From positions 7,950-71,949 of the IMG/VR virus record IMGVR_UViG_3300043446_002680: 64,000 bases of DNA; one strand, 5' to 3'. Position 1 is the first letter of the stretch. Every line of letters begins with the position of its first letter. A model generated the notes under the pieces. The model did no database searches. It was not told the DNA's origin and saw only the letters and a list, made by a program, of their open reading frames with translations. The position numbers and the translations under genes were made by a program. The stretch is from a virus. Below, in pieces: positions 37,177-46,864 of this stretch.

Positions 37177-37548
37177 GTGGAAGAAATTAAACTGCTGCTC
37201 AGCCAATACCCATTTATTACCTATCTTGTCTATGGAGGCAACGAATACATAGGAATCATACAGAATTCCGATGAACAGATCACCACGATCTATGATTTCG
37301 GCAGTTTAAAAAGCGCAGATCAAAAGCGTAGATTCTTGGATCTAGGCGAACAGTGGTGGTGGGAAAGCAATCGCATGATTCCCATTAATGTGTTTCTTAA
37401 AACAGACTGGGCCGAATTTCGTTACTGTGTAAAAACCATGAACAGCAAAGATGTCAAGGTCAAGATGGGTCCACAACTTAACCTAAAAGAAATGGCAGCT
37501 AAGAGATCAAAGCGTCGTAGTATTACCTTGGTTCGCAAGGTCCAGTAA
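37177..37548 (+). CDS. Hypothetical protein (GTG start)
   Basis: + strand TATAAATA at 37129-37136; WWWESNRMIPI motif. Confidence 0.75.
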   Translation: MEEIKLLLSQYPFITYLVYGGNEYIGIIQNSDEQITTIYDFGSLKSADQKRRFLDLGEQWWWESNRMIPINVFLKTDWAEFRYCVKTMNSKDVKVKMGPQLNLKEMAAKRSKRRSITLVRKVQ

Positions 37549-38106
37549 GTTCATGTGCACTGCTACTAGATGTGCATAGGCCACAGAATGGCTCTTTTTA
37601 AAGTAATATTGATCATTGTCGGGACGTTGCCATACTGATTTGGCCACCGAAGACCAAGGCTGACCTATTAGGTGCCGCTTGCCGGGTCTGATCACAGCTA
37701 GAAACATGGCTAATCGTGCTATGGTATTCACAGCTTCTGGCATGGCTACTAAATTATCATAGTGATTGCCGATGTGTATTAACTGCGTACAGAATTCTGG
37801 TTCGTAGAGTTTATGCCATGGTGGCTCACGCTGCAATAATTGATCAAGATGTTTGGGTCCATTAACCTGTGTATAAACATGTACGTTTAAAAAATCTAGC
37901 TTGATATATCCTCTATCTTCGGCTATTCGATAATCCAATGAACTAGATTTTGTAACAGGGTCCACTGGAATATCTGTTACATACACACCAGTATTATGTC
38001 TGATACGTTTTGAATCTGATATTATACTAGCAGGTACATGCCTGATAATGTTTAGAATCTGATTACGATCGGCAAAATCTAGATCTATATCACTGGTAAA
38101 TTTCAT
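37507..38106 (-). CDS. Miniature DNA polymerase III alpha (DnaE)-like catalytic core
   Basis: DIDLDF, HNTGV, KLDFL, AVIRPG, FKKSHSVAY. Confidence 0.85.
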   Translation of the reverse strand: MKFTSDIDLDFADRNQILNIIRHVPASIISDSKRIRHNTGVYVTDIPVDPVTKSSSLDYRIAEDRGYIKLDFLNVHVYTQVNGPKHLDQLLQREPPWHKLYEPEFCTQLIHIGNHYDNLVAMPEAVNTIARLAMFLAVIRPGKRHLIGQPWSSVAKSVWQRPDNDQYYFKKSHSVAYAHLVAVHMNLLDLANQGNTTTL

Positions 38107-38783
38107 AGTCCAGCCACTGCTAATATACGTCGAGCAAATTCAACATCGTCGGCACGATCTCTAAATACACTTTGCCAATAGTCAGGATCAATAAATTTCA
38201 TTATCATAGTGATTTGGTCTGTGTTTAGTCTTTCTAAAAAGGCCCGACCCGACTCAGCATGATACACAATCCAAACACTGATTCTGCCAGTGGTGATATG
38301 ATAACAAACACGATTTTCATTGACTAATCTAAAATAATCACGATAGCCATTGAGATATTCTGGATGTTCTACCATGTAGTCTGCGATGCTTTGTATACTG
38401 CGTTCTAGAGCATCTTTTACAGATTCTCTACGTAGATAATCAAATAACCATTCAGCATATAGTTTTTCTTGGCACCAATGATCTAATTTGCGATTGTTTT
38501 TTAACAACCAACGCAAAAAATTCTCGAAGTTTACACAATGTACGCTGTGACAGTGTCTGCCAAAGCGCACAAAAGCAGTATAGTAGTTACTGATAACAAA
38601 ATCTTCATAGGTCAGCGATTTGCTACGCTGTGTGGTATTATAAAAAATTTGATATGCTCTAAAACCCCACTGTACTCCAAGTTCGTGTTGCTGTTGAAAT
38701 CGGCGTTTTCGTTCACACGCATGATGCGCTAGTGTGGTTTCTTTGACAAATTTTTTATCACAGTACTTACATTGATAACTCAT
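38103..38783 (-). CDS. C2H2-like zinc-finger replication-associated protein
   Basis: YQCKYCDKKF...HHAC. Confidence 0.7.
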   Translation of the reverse strand: MSYQCKYCDKKFVKETTLAHHACERKRRFQQQHELGVQWGFRAYQIFYNTTQRSKSLTYEDFVISNYYTAFVRFGRHCHSVHCVNFENFLRWLLKNNRKLDHWCQEKLYAEWLFDYLRRESVKDALERSIQSIADYMVEHPEYLNGYRDYFRLVNENRVCYHITTGRISVWIVYHAESGRAFLERLNTDQITMIMKFIDPDYWQSVFRDRADDVEFARRILAVAGL

Positions 38784-39234
38784 CTTTTATTCTTCGGTCA
38801 TCCCATCCTGACTCAACTGCATACTTTCTTATGTCTGTGTCAGACAACTGTTTAGACAATAATTCTAGTTCGTCTTGTTTAAGATGCGGAAATTGACTGT
38901 GTAAAAAGTTCAATACAGGGCTAGTCCGAGTAGTTTTGGCCTTCAGCCAGTAGTGTCTTTGTGCGCCCATTTTTGGACTTACAGTGGTACACACCAACCA
39001 TTGTAATTTTGGATGTCGGGCTAGATCAAAAAAGTTTAGGTTCACACGCTCATTGTGTGCTCTTATGTACCATTCCTGTAAATCAGGGATGCCCTGTACG
39101 CTAGCACCCCATTTCAACATCATGTAAGTACTAAATTTTTTTCGTTCTTCGTCGGTAAGACTGTCATAAAATCCACGATCTTTGGTATCAAAGGCACGCA
39201 TTTCCACAGCGATATCTAATTTACTCATTACCAA
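38767..39234 (-). CDS. Clamp loader small subunit (gp62-like)
   Basis: FSTYMMLKW...HPKLQW...HYW pattern and context. Confidence 0.6.
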   Translation of the reverse strand: MVMSKLDIAVEMRAFDTKDRGFYDSLTDEERKKFSTYMMLKWGASVQGIPDLQEWYIRAHNERVNLNFFDLARHPKLQWLVCTTVSPKMGAQRHYWLKAKTTRTSPVLNFLHSQFPHLKQDELELLSKQLSDTDIRKYAVESGWDDRRIKDELSM

Positions 39235-39737
39235 GCCTTGCCAAAATCCACTACTTCGCTGACACGACTAATATCTTTAACAAAGTAAATGCACAAGGGA
39301 TTGTCTAGATCACTTTCTATGGGCACAGCCAACATCTGACCTGGCTTGAGTTTGGGAAAGTACCACTTGACATCTTGATAGATATCTACAATCTCCACTG
39401 GTTGAAATTCGGGTCTATAACTGCGTATGGGATTAAAACAAAATGCCGAAAATCCACGATCGTTTATACTAGTTAATGGTATGACTTCTAGGTCGCCAAG
39501 ATCAGGCTCGCCGATCAGCAACTGCCAATCCACTGGCATTTTCACTGTGTGCTCACCTATGCGTAGTACCAGTGCAGGTGAGTTAAAACTTTCTAAAAAG
39601 ATCAGGGGTATAAAATGATAGTCGGGATTCTTGGGATCTGAGTTATCCAGTACACAGAATCTCAGATCTTCGACCTCGTCGGGAATTTCGTTAAGGTCAT
39701 AGGCTCGGTTGGTATCTAGGTTTAGTATTCTGCTCAT
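39228..39737 (-). CDS. Hypothetical protein (start MSRIL)
   Basis: Start 6 nt after TATAAT of TTGACA-18-TATAAT (39744-39773). Confidence 0.75.
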   Translation of the reverse strand: MSRILNLDTNRAYDLNEIPDEVEDLRFCVLDNSDPKNPDYHFIPLIFLESFNSPALVLRIGEHTVKMPVDWQLLIGEPDLGDLEVIPLTSINDRGFSAFCFNPIRSYRPEFQPVEIVDIYQDVKWYFPKLKPGQMLAVPIESDLDNPLCIYFVKDISRVSEVVDFGKAW

Positions 39738-39744
39738 GTTGTTA

Positions 39745-41202
39745 TTATATGTAATTGACACGTTCAATGTCAAATGGATAGTTTGCCTCTCGATAAAAAT
39801 TCTTGCGCTGTGTTAGATGCCGCTTGGCAAACTTGCAGGAACTTGTTATGTCCCAGATTTGTACGAAGTCTTTGTCCTGCGCCTTTCTAATGCCGCGCCC
39901 AATGCTTTGTATGACACGTACAAAACTCTTACCAGGCTCAATAAGCACAAGATTAAAAATCCTAGGCAGATTGATGCCAACTGCTGCCACACCGTAGGTT
40001 GCGACAATGACTTTATCTGCTGCCGTTGCCACTTCGTCATATTCTTCCTGCCTATCGCTACCTTTGGTAGCTCCGCTAACAAACACTGCATCGCGTATTC
40101 TTGACACCAAGGCCTGTCCAGCAGCCACTCGGTCAATCAAGATCAAGGTATTGCCCGACTCACGTACACGCTCAACCAAGCTGCTGACATAGTCTAAGCG
40201 TTGAGCATTTTCCAACAAGTATTTAAGTTCACTTTGATAGTTAGTAAACTCTTTGTGATCCTGTAACTGTATGACGTTGACATGGCACTGTGCCAACACG
40301 CCCTGTTCTTGCAGCTCAGCAGCACTGAGTTGGCCCACCACTGGTCCTAGGCTACAGGTCAAGGCCAAGCGTTCATAGTCAGCCTTGGGTACAGTGCCGG
40401 TCAAGCCCCAGCGTATGGGCACATGACTCATTACACCAGTCAACAATGTCTTTAGTGCATCGGCCTTGGCCATGTGCACTTCATCAACTATGACACAGAC
40501 CACGTCTTCAATGAAGTCGCCCATGGTGACATCTGTGATACCCGACCGAGTATTTTTCAACAAGACATTGAGACTTTGCCAGGTGCATATGGTATGCTGA
40601 TGTCCAGGTTCTTTACGGTCACCGTAGTATACACCAACGTCCAGGCCTAGGATACGATAGTCAGATTCAGTCTGTGTGACCAAACTCTTGTTGGGCACTA
40701 TGACAATGCTGCGCCCATGGTCTTGCACACTTCGGCTCAGTGCCGCGGTCATCACAGTTTTGCCAGCACCAGTGGCAACTTCTTGAATGCACTGTGGTGT
40801 AGTTAAAAACCTATTGATGATATCGCACTGATAATCGCGCAGCAAGATGGGCTGGCCTTGCGCTGTGTGTCCTTCAGGCCAAACATGGTCACTGAAACTG
40901 TTTTCATTGACTGCACTGAATTTATAGCTGGTTGTGTAATTTCTAGTATCTGCAATGTCAATGTCATAGCCTAGATCTTCTAGGATAGGAATAATGTCTG
41001 GTAACAGATTAATATAAGTAGCACCAGCCAAACTAAAATAACTGACCTTGCCGTCCCAACGTCCTAGGCGTACTGCTGGCAAATAACGTGCACCTGGGAT
41101 CTCATACTTAAAACGATTGGTCAATGTACGACGTGTGTTAACATCAAGTCCTTCGATCTTGACATTGACTTCGTCATTGATGATAAGTCTACACTGTGTC
41201 AT
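39745..41202 (-). CDS. uvsW: UvsW-like SF2 DNA helicase
   Basis: LRDYQ, ATGAGKT, DEVH, LTGT, QSIGRGIR. Confidence 0.9.
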   Translation of the reverse strand: MTQCRLIINDEVNVKIEGLDVNTRRTLTNRFKYEIPGARYLPAVRLGRWDGKVSYFSLAGATYINLLPDIIPILEDLGYDIDIADTRNYTTSYKFSAVNENSFSDHVWPEGHTAQGQPILLRDYQCDIINRFLTTPQCIQEVATGAGKTVMTAALSRSVQDHGRSIVIVPNKSLVTQTESDYRILGLDVGVYYGDRKEPGHQHTICTWQSLNVLLKNTRSGITDVTMGDFIEDVVCVIVDEVHMAKADALKTLLTGVMSHVPIRWGLTGTVPKADYERLALTCSLGPVVGQLSAAELQEQGVLAQCHVNVIQLQDHKEFTNYQSELKYLLENAQRLDYVSSLVERVRESGNTLILIDRVAAGQALVSRIRDAVFVSGATKGSDRQEEYDEVATAADKVIVATYGVAAVGINLPRIFNLVLIEPGKSFVRVIQSIGRGIRKAQDKDFVQIWDITSSCKFAKRHLTQRKNFYREANYPFDIERVNYI

Positions 41203-42295
41203 CGTCTTGGATCCGTTGAGAAAAATACACTATCTTGTCAGCTGATTGTAGCATTTGTTGACGCCGATTTCCTATCATCAAGGTATGACTGGTTACCAAC
41301 AGTGGCATGTGTGCATCGGCTAATTTCCAATGGTTAAAATATATCACGCGACCTTGTTGCTGACTGCGTGAACTGGCTCGCCGGTCTGCTATGTGCTCGG
41401 GTGCAAAATACCTACTGAGTTGTTCATGCAATTGCGTATGACCACTTTCATACACATACATGGGCCAACGATTGGTCAACTCAGCATAGCGAATTACTGG
41501 CGCTAGATCTATGTGTGTGTCATATATCAAGTTGGTGTCACGTTGTGTCAACAACTGAACTAACACTGTGTCAATTTCGGTGTCGACCGACTCATAGACT
41601 TTGGGATCTACGCTGAAACCCAGCACACCAGACAAGTCAATAAGCCCAAGTAAATTGTCTTGACCAAATCCGCCATGCTGCATGACATAGTCACACAGGC
41701 TGTCTGCGGCATTGGTTATACTGAATCCTTCCGCTGCTGGCTGTAGACAAATAGCATAATCCGTCTGTGCCAACATGGCCGCAACGGCTGCTTGAAATTC
41801 TGCGCCAAACTCGAATCCATGTTCGCTGCCAAATTGTTTTGCCCAGATTAATCTTGGTTCTATCAAGGCTGCGACCCAGGCTCGACGTTCTTGATCGAAA
41901 CGCAAGCTACCCGGTATGGTATTGATCACCGCACGAACCTTGGCAATAAGTTCTTGGTCATAAGGAAAGCGTATTTCTATGCCAGTGTCACCGATGTCAA
42001 TGACTCGTCGACGGTCAATGGCTCGTATGGGAATACGATACTCTGGCTGCTGTACTAAATGATCTACGCAATACTGTTTGGCATTCCATTGTTTTCGATA
42101 CTTGGTCACAATCTTGTGTGCCAGTACTGCTTGACGATCACTGAAGCCGACTCCGCGCTGTATCTGATCACTCATGCTGCTGACAATGGGTTCATCATAT
42201 CTGGCCAAATTAACCACAGGATCTTGTACGGGCCATGACAGCACATGACGAGCCATGAGCTCGATATAGTCTTCGATGTACTTGAGACGTTTCAT
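41189..42295 (-). CDS. Hypothetical protein with HARP-like segment
   Basis: IRFPYDQELIAKVR...IPGSLRFDQERRAW. Confidence 0.7.
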   Translation of the reverse strand: MKRLKYIEDYIELMARHVLSWPVQDPVVNLARYDEPIVSSMSDQIQRGVGFSDRQAVLAHKIVTKYRKQWNAKQYCVDHLVQQPEYRIPIRAIDRRRVIDIGDTGIEIRFPYDQELIAKVRAVINTIPGSLRFDQERRAWVAALIEPRLIWAKQFGSEHGFEFGAEFQAAVAAMLAQTDYAICLQPAAEGFSITNAADSLCDYVMQHGGFGQDNLLGLIDLSGVLGFSVDPKVYESVDTEIDTVLVQLLTQRDTNLIYDTHIDLAPVIRYAELTNRWPMYVYESGHTQLHEQLSRYFAPEHIADRRASSRSQQQGRVIYFNHWKLADAHMPLLVTSHTLMIGNRRQQMLQSADKIVYFSQRIQDDDTV

Positions 42296-42301
42296 AGATA
42301 A

Positions 42302-42330
42302 ATTATAGCACAGTGCATGTACTTAGTCAA
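42302..42330 (-). promoter_or_regulatory. Sigma70-type promoter, leaderless geometry
   Basis: TTGACT-17-TATAAT; ATG 6 nt later. Confidence 0.75.
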
Positions 42331-42353
42331 AAAAAAGTGCCCCCGAGGGCACT
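42329..42353 (-). terminator. Intrinsic terminator
   Basis: AGTGCCC/GGGCACT plus T8. Confidence 0.8.
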
Positions 42354-42382
42354 GAAGGCCAGTAATGGCCGGAGCGCGATAA

Positions 42383-42907
42383 TTACAAGGCCGGTTCTTG
42401 TCGAGCACGATCAATCTGTTCACGCAGAATATGCTCTACCATCTGGTTAAAGGTGATGTCACGATCATGTGCCATGCGAGCAATGCTAGCAAAGTCCGCG
42501 TCAGAGATATCAATGGGCATGGTAACTCGCTCATCATAGTCCCGACCATCACGAATGGCTTCAGCCTTGGCAATGAAGTCATCTAAGACATCTAGTTCAA
42601 CAAAATCAACATCATCCCAGGCTTGGCGATAGTTCTCACAATGAGCCGGTGCTGCCTTGATATAGGCTTCACGAGCACCAGTGTTGGGGTTGAACCAACG
42701 ATAAGCACGATTGCCGGCATAATCGCAGACTTCAACAACTTCAACGATCATACCGTCAAGACGCACAATGGTATTGATACTGAACCCATCATGGTCCTCA
42801 TTCCAGTAACTGAAGTTATGAGCGTTCTCACCATAGCAAGGCCACAGAAAGCGGCTGACTTCAGTTAAGTTATGACCAGTCAATTCGCAAAATCTAGCAA
42901 AGTTCAT
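42383..42907 (-). CDS. Hypothetical protein with C-terminal ribbon-helix-helix-like segment
   Basis: AGGAG RBS; MAHDRDITFNQMVEHIL. Confidence 0.75.
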   Translation of the reverse strand: MNFARFCELTGHNLTEVSRFLWPCYGENAHNFSYWNEDHDGFSINTIVRLDGMIVEVVEVCDYAGNRAYRWFNPNTGAREAYIKAAPAHCENYRQAWDDVDFVELDVLDDFIAKAEAIRDGRDYDERVTMPIDISDADFASIARMAHDRDITFNQMVEHILREQIDRARQEPAL

Positions 42908-42915
42908 ACGGACTC

Positions 42916-43356
42916 CTAAGCAATAATAAAACCAAGTTGTTGAAACGTATATGTGCTGACTTCAGCACCACCCTGTAATTCTAACACAACCTCACCACCG
43001 TGAGCAAGCTGGTCGACTGTGTTGATAGCATCTTTGAGCCCACAACCAGTAAGGCGTCGTATTTCTCGCACACAACCAAGTCGGTCATGAGAATCAGCTA
43101 AACCACGCACAGTGACTCTACCTCGTGAGTGCCCTTGGAGCATTTTGAAGAACACTCTTTGGCCAAGCTCGGGGCAGACATTACGACAGAGATCAGTAAA
43201 CATCTCTATGCCTTTCTCTGCACCATAAACTTCGGTAATGCTCACATAGAAGTTCATGGCGTCACGCAGTAAGAGTTCTTCGGCTTGGGTTGACACCGCG
43301 CTAGGCTCCGTTGGGACTACCGAATTTGACGCTTGGCTCCAATTTGCCAGTTTCAA
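42916..43356 (-). CDS. Protein with ribosomal L7/L12 C-terminal-like domain (start uncertain)
   Basis: VREIRRLTGCGLKDA. Confidence 0.65.
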   Translation of the reverse strand: MKLANWSQASNSVVPTEPSAVSTQAEELLLRDAMNFYVSITEVYGAEKGIEMFTDLCRNVCPELGQRVFFKMLQGHSRGRVTVRGLADSHDRLGCVREIRRLTGCGLKDAINTVDQLAHGGEVVLELQGGAEVSTYTFQQLGFIIA

Positions 43357-43672
43357 TCTGTTTCAGCAATCGCTCATTCCTAATGTCTTGCTCCCTACGA
43401 TCTCTACGAGCATCGTGTGCCTTGCCCATAACCATGCTGTCGTACTTGCGAGCGAATTGGAAACCCTGTATCCAACGCTCTAGTTCTTCAAGAGTGCCCA
43501 CAAACAATTCAGCATCCCTGTTGTAGATGGGCAGGCAGTCCGCCCTAGCCTTGAGTGCTACGATATCGCCAAAATCATTCATATGGTATTGAGCAGGGCA
43601 AATCTGGAAACCTAGTTTGTTACATTCTTCTTCGAGGTATCGTATCTTGCGTATAAGGTTATACCCGCTCAT
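43301..43672 (-). CDS. Hypothetical protein
   Basis: Coupled ORF. Confidence 0.7.
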   Translation of the reverse strand: MSGYNLIRKIRYLEEECNKLGFQICPAQYHMNDFGDIVALKARADCLPIYNRDAELFVGTLEELERWIQGFQFARKYDSMVMGKAHDARRDRREQDIRNERLLKQIETGKLEPSVKFGSPNGA

Positions 43673-44132
43673 TGTAGTCCCCCACTAGTTTAGATACAGT
43701 GATAAAATGTTCATATGCTGAACGCACCGAGGGATGAGTCAATAAGCGTTCTGCTTCTGCTATCATGGCATCAACACCAGCTTGAGTGACTTCAGCAATG
43801 CTAGGCCATGTGAGTTGGCGAGCTGCTGGCCCAAATACTGCTATCAAGTTCTCCCATGCATCACGCTGTTCCTTAGTCATGGGCCGACGATCACCACTCA
43901 CTCTTACTTCGCTGGCCGAAATCATTACTTCGGCCATGGCTTCACGAGCCACAATGCCAGCCGCAATCATAGGAGCGTATGCCGGGTCAATGGCCCACCT
44001 TTGCACACTTGCGCCAGGACGTACTACAGTGACATAACTGCCATGTGGTAGTGCATTTTGCAACATGGCATCATACTCACGTACCGGAACGTAGCGACGG
44101 CCGCGTTTGATATAAAAGGTTTCGGTTACCAT
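43659..44132 (-). CDS. Hypothetical protein
   Basis: Coupled ORF. Confidence 0.7.
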   Translation of the reverse strand: MVTETFYIKRGRRYVPVREYDAMLQNALPHGSYVTVVRPGASVQRWAIDPAYAPMIAAGIVAREAMAEVMISASEVRVSGDRRPMTKEQRDAWENLIAVFGPAARQLTWPSIAEVTQAGVDAMIAEAERLLTHPSVRSAYEHFITVSKLVGDYNERV

Positions 44133-44551
44133 GATGAGTTATAAAATACTTTAAGGCCCATGAACAATTCTGCTTTGGCACGACGGCAAAATTCTAGATC
44201 TTGTTGTCTATAGTACTCGTCACTGTTGTTGCCAAAGAAGAAACCTTGTGTAGGAGGCAAACGCCCGGCTACAACATCCTGTTCAAGTTGATCTATGTCC
44301 GCCCAAGTGAGTTCAACTTCAACACCATTAAAGGTGTCACACACTCCGCCTTTGTTGGCAAATAACTGCTCCATCCAGCCCTGGAGATTCGGGTGCTTTC
44401 GCCAGTATGCGATTTCTACAGGTTCTGGCACACCGGGGTTCTCATAGTGCAGTTCACCCAAGCCGGTGTTTTTGCGTGGCACAACACTGTCCCAATAGTC
44501 GGCACGTTGATTCTTACGAGCTGCAATATAAGCGTATTGATCTAGTCCCAT
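44126..44551 (-). CDS. Conserved phage hypothetical (start MGLDQY)
   Basis: GAGGA RBS; YWRKHP.LQGWM, GFFFG, YNSSW. Confidence 0.8.
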   Translation of the reverse strand: MGLDQYAYIAARKNQRADYWDSVVPRKNTGLGELHYENPGVPEPVEIAYWRKHPNLQGWMEQLFANKGGVCDTFNGVEVELTWADIDQLEQDVVAGRLPPTQGFFFGNNSDEYYRQQDLEFCRRAKAELFMGLKVFYNSSW

Positions 44552-44555
44552 GTCC

Positions 44556-44768
44556 TCATCCCAAAAACCGTTTTTTAATGTCCGCCTGAATAGCTTTGAC
44601 TGCTTGATTCCACCCATCGTCATCACCAACCCATTTCAACTTGCTTAATTCTAACACATAGTCTTCAACAAGTCTACGAATGATGGCACTTGGGTAAGCA
44701 TCCCCGGGATATGTTAAGTCCACATCCCGGGCTGCTTGTTGAGCAATGCGTCTTGCTAAGTCGTTCAT
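44556..44768 (-). CDS. Hypothetical protein
   Basis: ATGA overlap with the ATPase. Confidence 0.65.
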   Translation of the reverse strand: MNDLARRIAQQAARDVDLTYPGDAYPSAIIRRLVEDYVLELSKLKWVGDDDGWNQAVKAIQADIKKRFLG

Positions 44769-45799
44769 GCTGCCTTCATACAAGTTGACTGAGCTAGAGC
44801 CTGCCACTTAGCAGGAAAGCTCTTACGCAAGTCGGCAATCTTAGTTGCCATACGCAAGCTCATCTCACGCAAGCGTGTTTGGTGACGCTCCATAAACGCT
44901 ACAACTTCTTGGTCCTCGCCTGCTTCAAAATCATAGTCCGCAAACAAGTCACCAGTGGCAGCAATTTGCCTAATACGTAACAGCTTGTCACGCATGGTGT
45001 CAAGTGTTAAGTCTAAGTAGTGGCAACGACTTTGCAGTGCGTCTAAGTGATCACGCAGTTTCTGAGACTTCATGGCATCAAACTTCAAATTAGTAATAAA
45101 AATTACCGAGCCATGAAAGTTAAAACTGTCAGGAATACCCTCACGCCTGAGAGCTGCACTCTCACTGAGCCAGGAAATCTTACGCTTCTTGCCAGAGTCA
45201 AGGGCACCCTTAAGTAAGTTGAGACTGACATCGTCAAGCAAGATGCTGTCGCAGTCATCAAACACTAGCACACAGTTCTTGTCTGAGTACTTGTATAAGG
45301 TCTGATACAAGCCAATTGGAGTAGCCGAGCCTTTAACAACTTCTGCGCGAAGCCTCTTGCCTGCAATTTGGTCCAAGAGTTGAGCTTTCTCAACTTCACA
45401 CTCAACTGTAAAGCTCTTACCTACCCCCGGAGGGCCCGACACAATCATAGCACGAATGTCGCCAGCAATACAGGCCTTGGCCATGTCGTTGAGTATGTCG
45501 AAGCGTTCTGCAATTTCTGCCATACGCTCGTTGTCAGTTTGGGTAAGAGCTTGAGCTTGTGCTACTACCTCGCTCGCAGCAGGAGCAGCGTCCTCGCCCA
45601 CAAACTCGTAGTCAGTGAATGCTGAGACCTTGATACGAATGATCTCGGGCATGCCTGCAAAGGTGCCACCGTTCTTAACAGTAACATAACCACCAACATT
45701 GGGGTTGCCACTGGGCTGAAACTGCTTGACCAATTCAAACACCTTGCCATCAGCCACAAAGTTACGATAGCTGCCTGATCGAATACGTACTTGACTCAT
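44765..45799 (-). CDS. AAA+ ATPase (start MSQVR)
   Basis: GPPGVGKS, VLVFDDCD, FITN, SR. Confidence 0.88.
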   Translation of the reverse strand: MSQVRIRSGSYRNFVADGKVFELVKQFQPSGNPNVGGYVTVKNGGTFAGMPEIIRIKVSAFTDYEFVGEDAAPAASEVVAQAQALTQTDNERMAEIAERFDILNDMAKACIAGDIRAMIVSGPPGVGKSFTVECEVEKAQLLDQIAGKRLRAEVVKGSATPIGLYQTLYKYSDKNCVLVFDDCDSILLDDVSLNLLKGALDSGKKRKISWLSESAALRREGIPDSFNFHGSVIFITNLKFDAMKSQKLRDHLDALQSRCHYLDLTLDTMRDKLLRIRQIAATGDLFADYDFEAGEDQEVVAFMERHQTRLREMSLRMATKIADLRKSFPAKWQALAQSTCMKAA

Positions 45800-45832
45800 T
45801 GTGTGTCGCTCCGTGTTGTTTACTGTACCACT

Positions 45833-45861
45833 ATTATAGAGGAAAACAAAAACCCAGTCAA
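45833..45861 (-). promoter_or_regulatory. Sigma70-type promoter
   Basis: TTGACT-17-TATAAT. Confidence 0.75.
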
Positions 45862-45880
45862 CTGGCGGGTTATTCGCCAG

Positions 45881-45958
45881 TGTTGCCGAAATACAACTGC
45901 TTACTTTTTCAGCATTTTCCTGACTAAACTGCGGATTCTCTGTTGTATTTCGGCAACA
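45881..45958. promoter_or_regulatory. Inverted pair of 18-bp operator-like boxes
   Basis: TGTTGCCGAAATACAAC and its reverse complement, 60 bp apart. Confidence 0.6.
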
Positions 45959-46033
45959 TCCAGCAAAGGCGCATGATGTGGACAGCGCCCTTGTTGGAAA
46001 TCGCACCGGGGATCATAGGGTTTTCTGCAGATT

Positions 46034-46360
46034 TTACACTTGTTCTGTGACATGCTTGCACTGTCCACGGAATGCGTATCCCGGGCAAGTACAGGTCCAT
46101 GTGCCGTTGTTACGGGTTAATGAATACACTTGCCCTTTACTACCCGTAATTCTGCGAGTATTGGAGTCTTTTTCTACTATGTCTTTGAGAACCTTAAACT
46201 GGCGACCACGTGGATCCCAACGTATTGGCTTACGGAACCGTTGGCTCTTGGTGCTGCCTTCTGGCACGTAGGCTATGATATACTCCATGTTGTCAGTGAC
46301 AAGATAGAGGCTATTGGCTGTAGCATGCTGCCACTGCGTGGTTTCTTGTATGATCTTCAT
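46034..46360 (-). CDS. SWIM zinc-finger protein
   Basis: CTCPG..FRGQCKH. Confidence 0.8.
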   Translation of the reverse strand: MKIIQETTQWQHATANSLYLVTDNMEYIIAYVPEGSTKSQRFRKPIRWDPRGRQFKVLKDIVEKDSNTRRITGSKGQVYSLTRNNGTWTCTCPGYAFRGQCKHVTEQV

Positions 46361-46366
46361 GTGTAG

Positions 46367-46395
46367 AGTATAGCAAGCTACAGTGATGCTGTCAA
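46367..46395 (-). promoter_or_regulatory. Sigma70-type promoter, leaderless geometry
   Basis: TTGACA-17-TATACT; ATG 6 nt later. Confidence 0.8.
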
Positions 46396-46405
46396 CCTGT
46401 GGTAT

Positions 46406-46864
46406 TTAGGCAACAACCTCAAACAATGGGTTATCGTTGAGATATTTCTTTTTCCCGAAACTATAATCATAAGTGAGTGCATCGTGGCAAACAATATTTT
46501 GTTCTACAATATGCCTAAGATCCTCACGTCCACACAGTAAACGTTCACGACACAGCATGACATTGTCCAGCATAAGGTCTACACCAAATATGGTACTGAG
46601 TGCTGTTTCAAAATCATGTCCATTTTCTAGCTTACGTATCAAAACTTCTCCTAAAAATTGGCCATCACCACAACTGTTATCCAGAAAAGTTTTAGTAGGG
46701 TCTGTAAACACTTCCACGGGTAGTTGATCTAGTAGTTCCTGCACAAGAGGAGTCGGAGTGAAGACTTCGCCGGTGGCCTTTACCCTGGACCTCTCCCGCT
46801 CTACACCGCTCATATAAGCACGGTTGCGAATGTGATCAATTATGTTAGGCAGATCCTGTGACAA
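46406..46864 (-). CDS. Short DNA methyltransferase-like protein (SAM-binding half only)
   Basis: GEVFTP, LDNSCGDGQF; no NPPY motif. Confidence 0.8.
   Translation of the reverse strand: MSQDLPNIIDHIRNRAYMSGVERERSRVKATGEVFTPTPLVQELLDQLPVEVFTDPTKTFLDNSCGDGQFLGEVLIRKLENGHDFETALSTIFGVDLMLDNVMLCRERLLCGREDLRHIVEQNIVCHDALTYDYSFGKKKYLNDNPLFEVVA

Noticed and set aside
45800-46006. N-terminal extension of the AAA ATPase
   Set aside because: Spans the promoter and operator boxes; the RBS-supported start is 45799.
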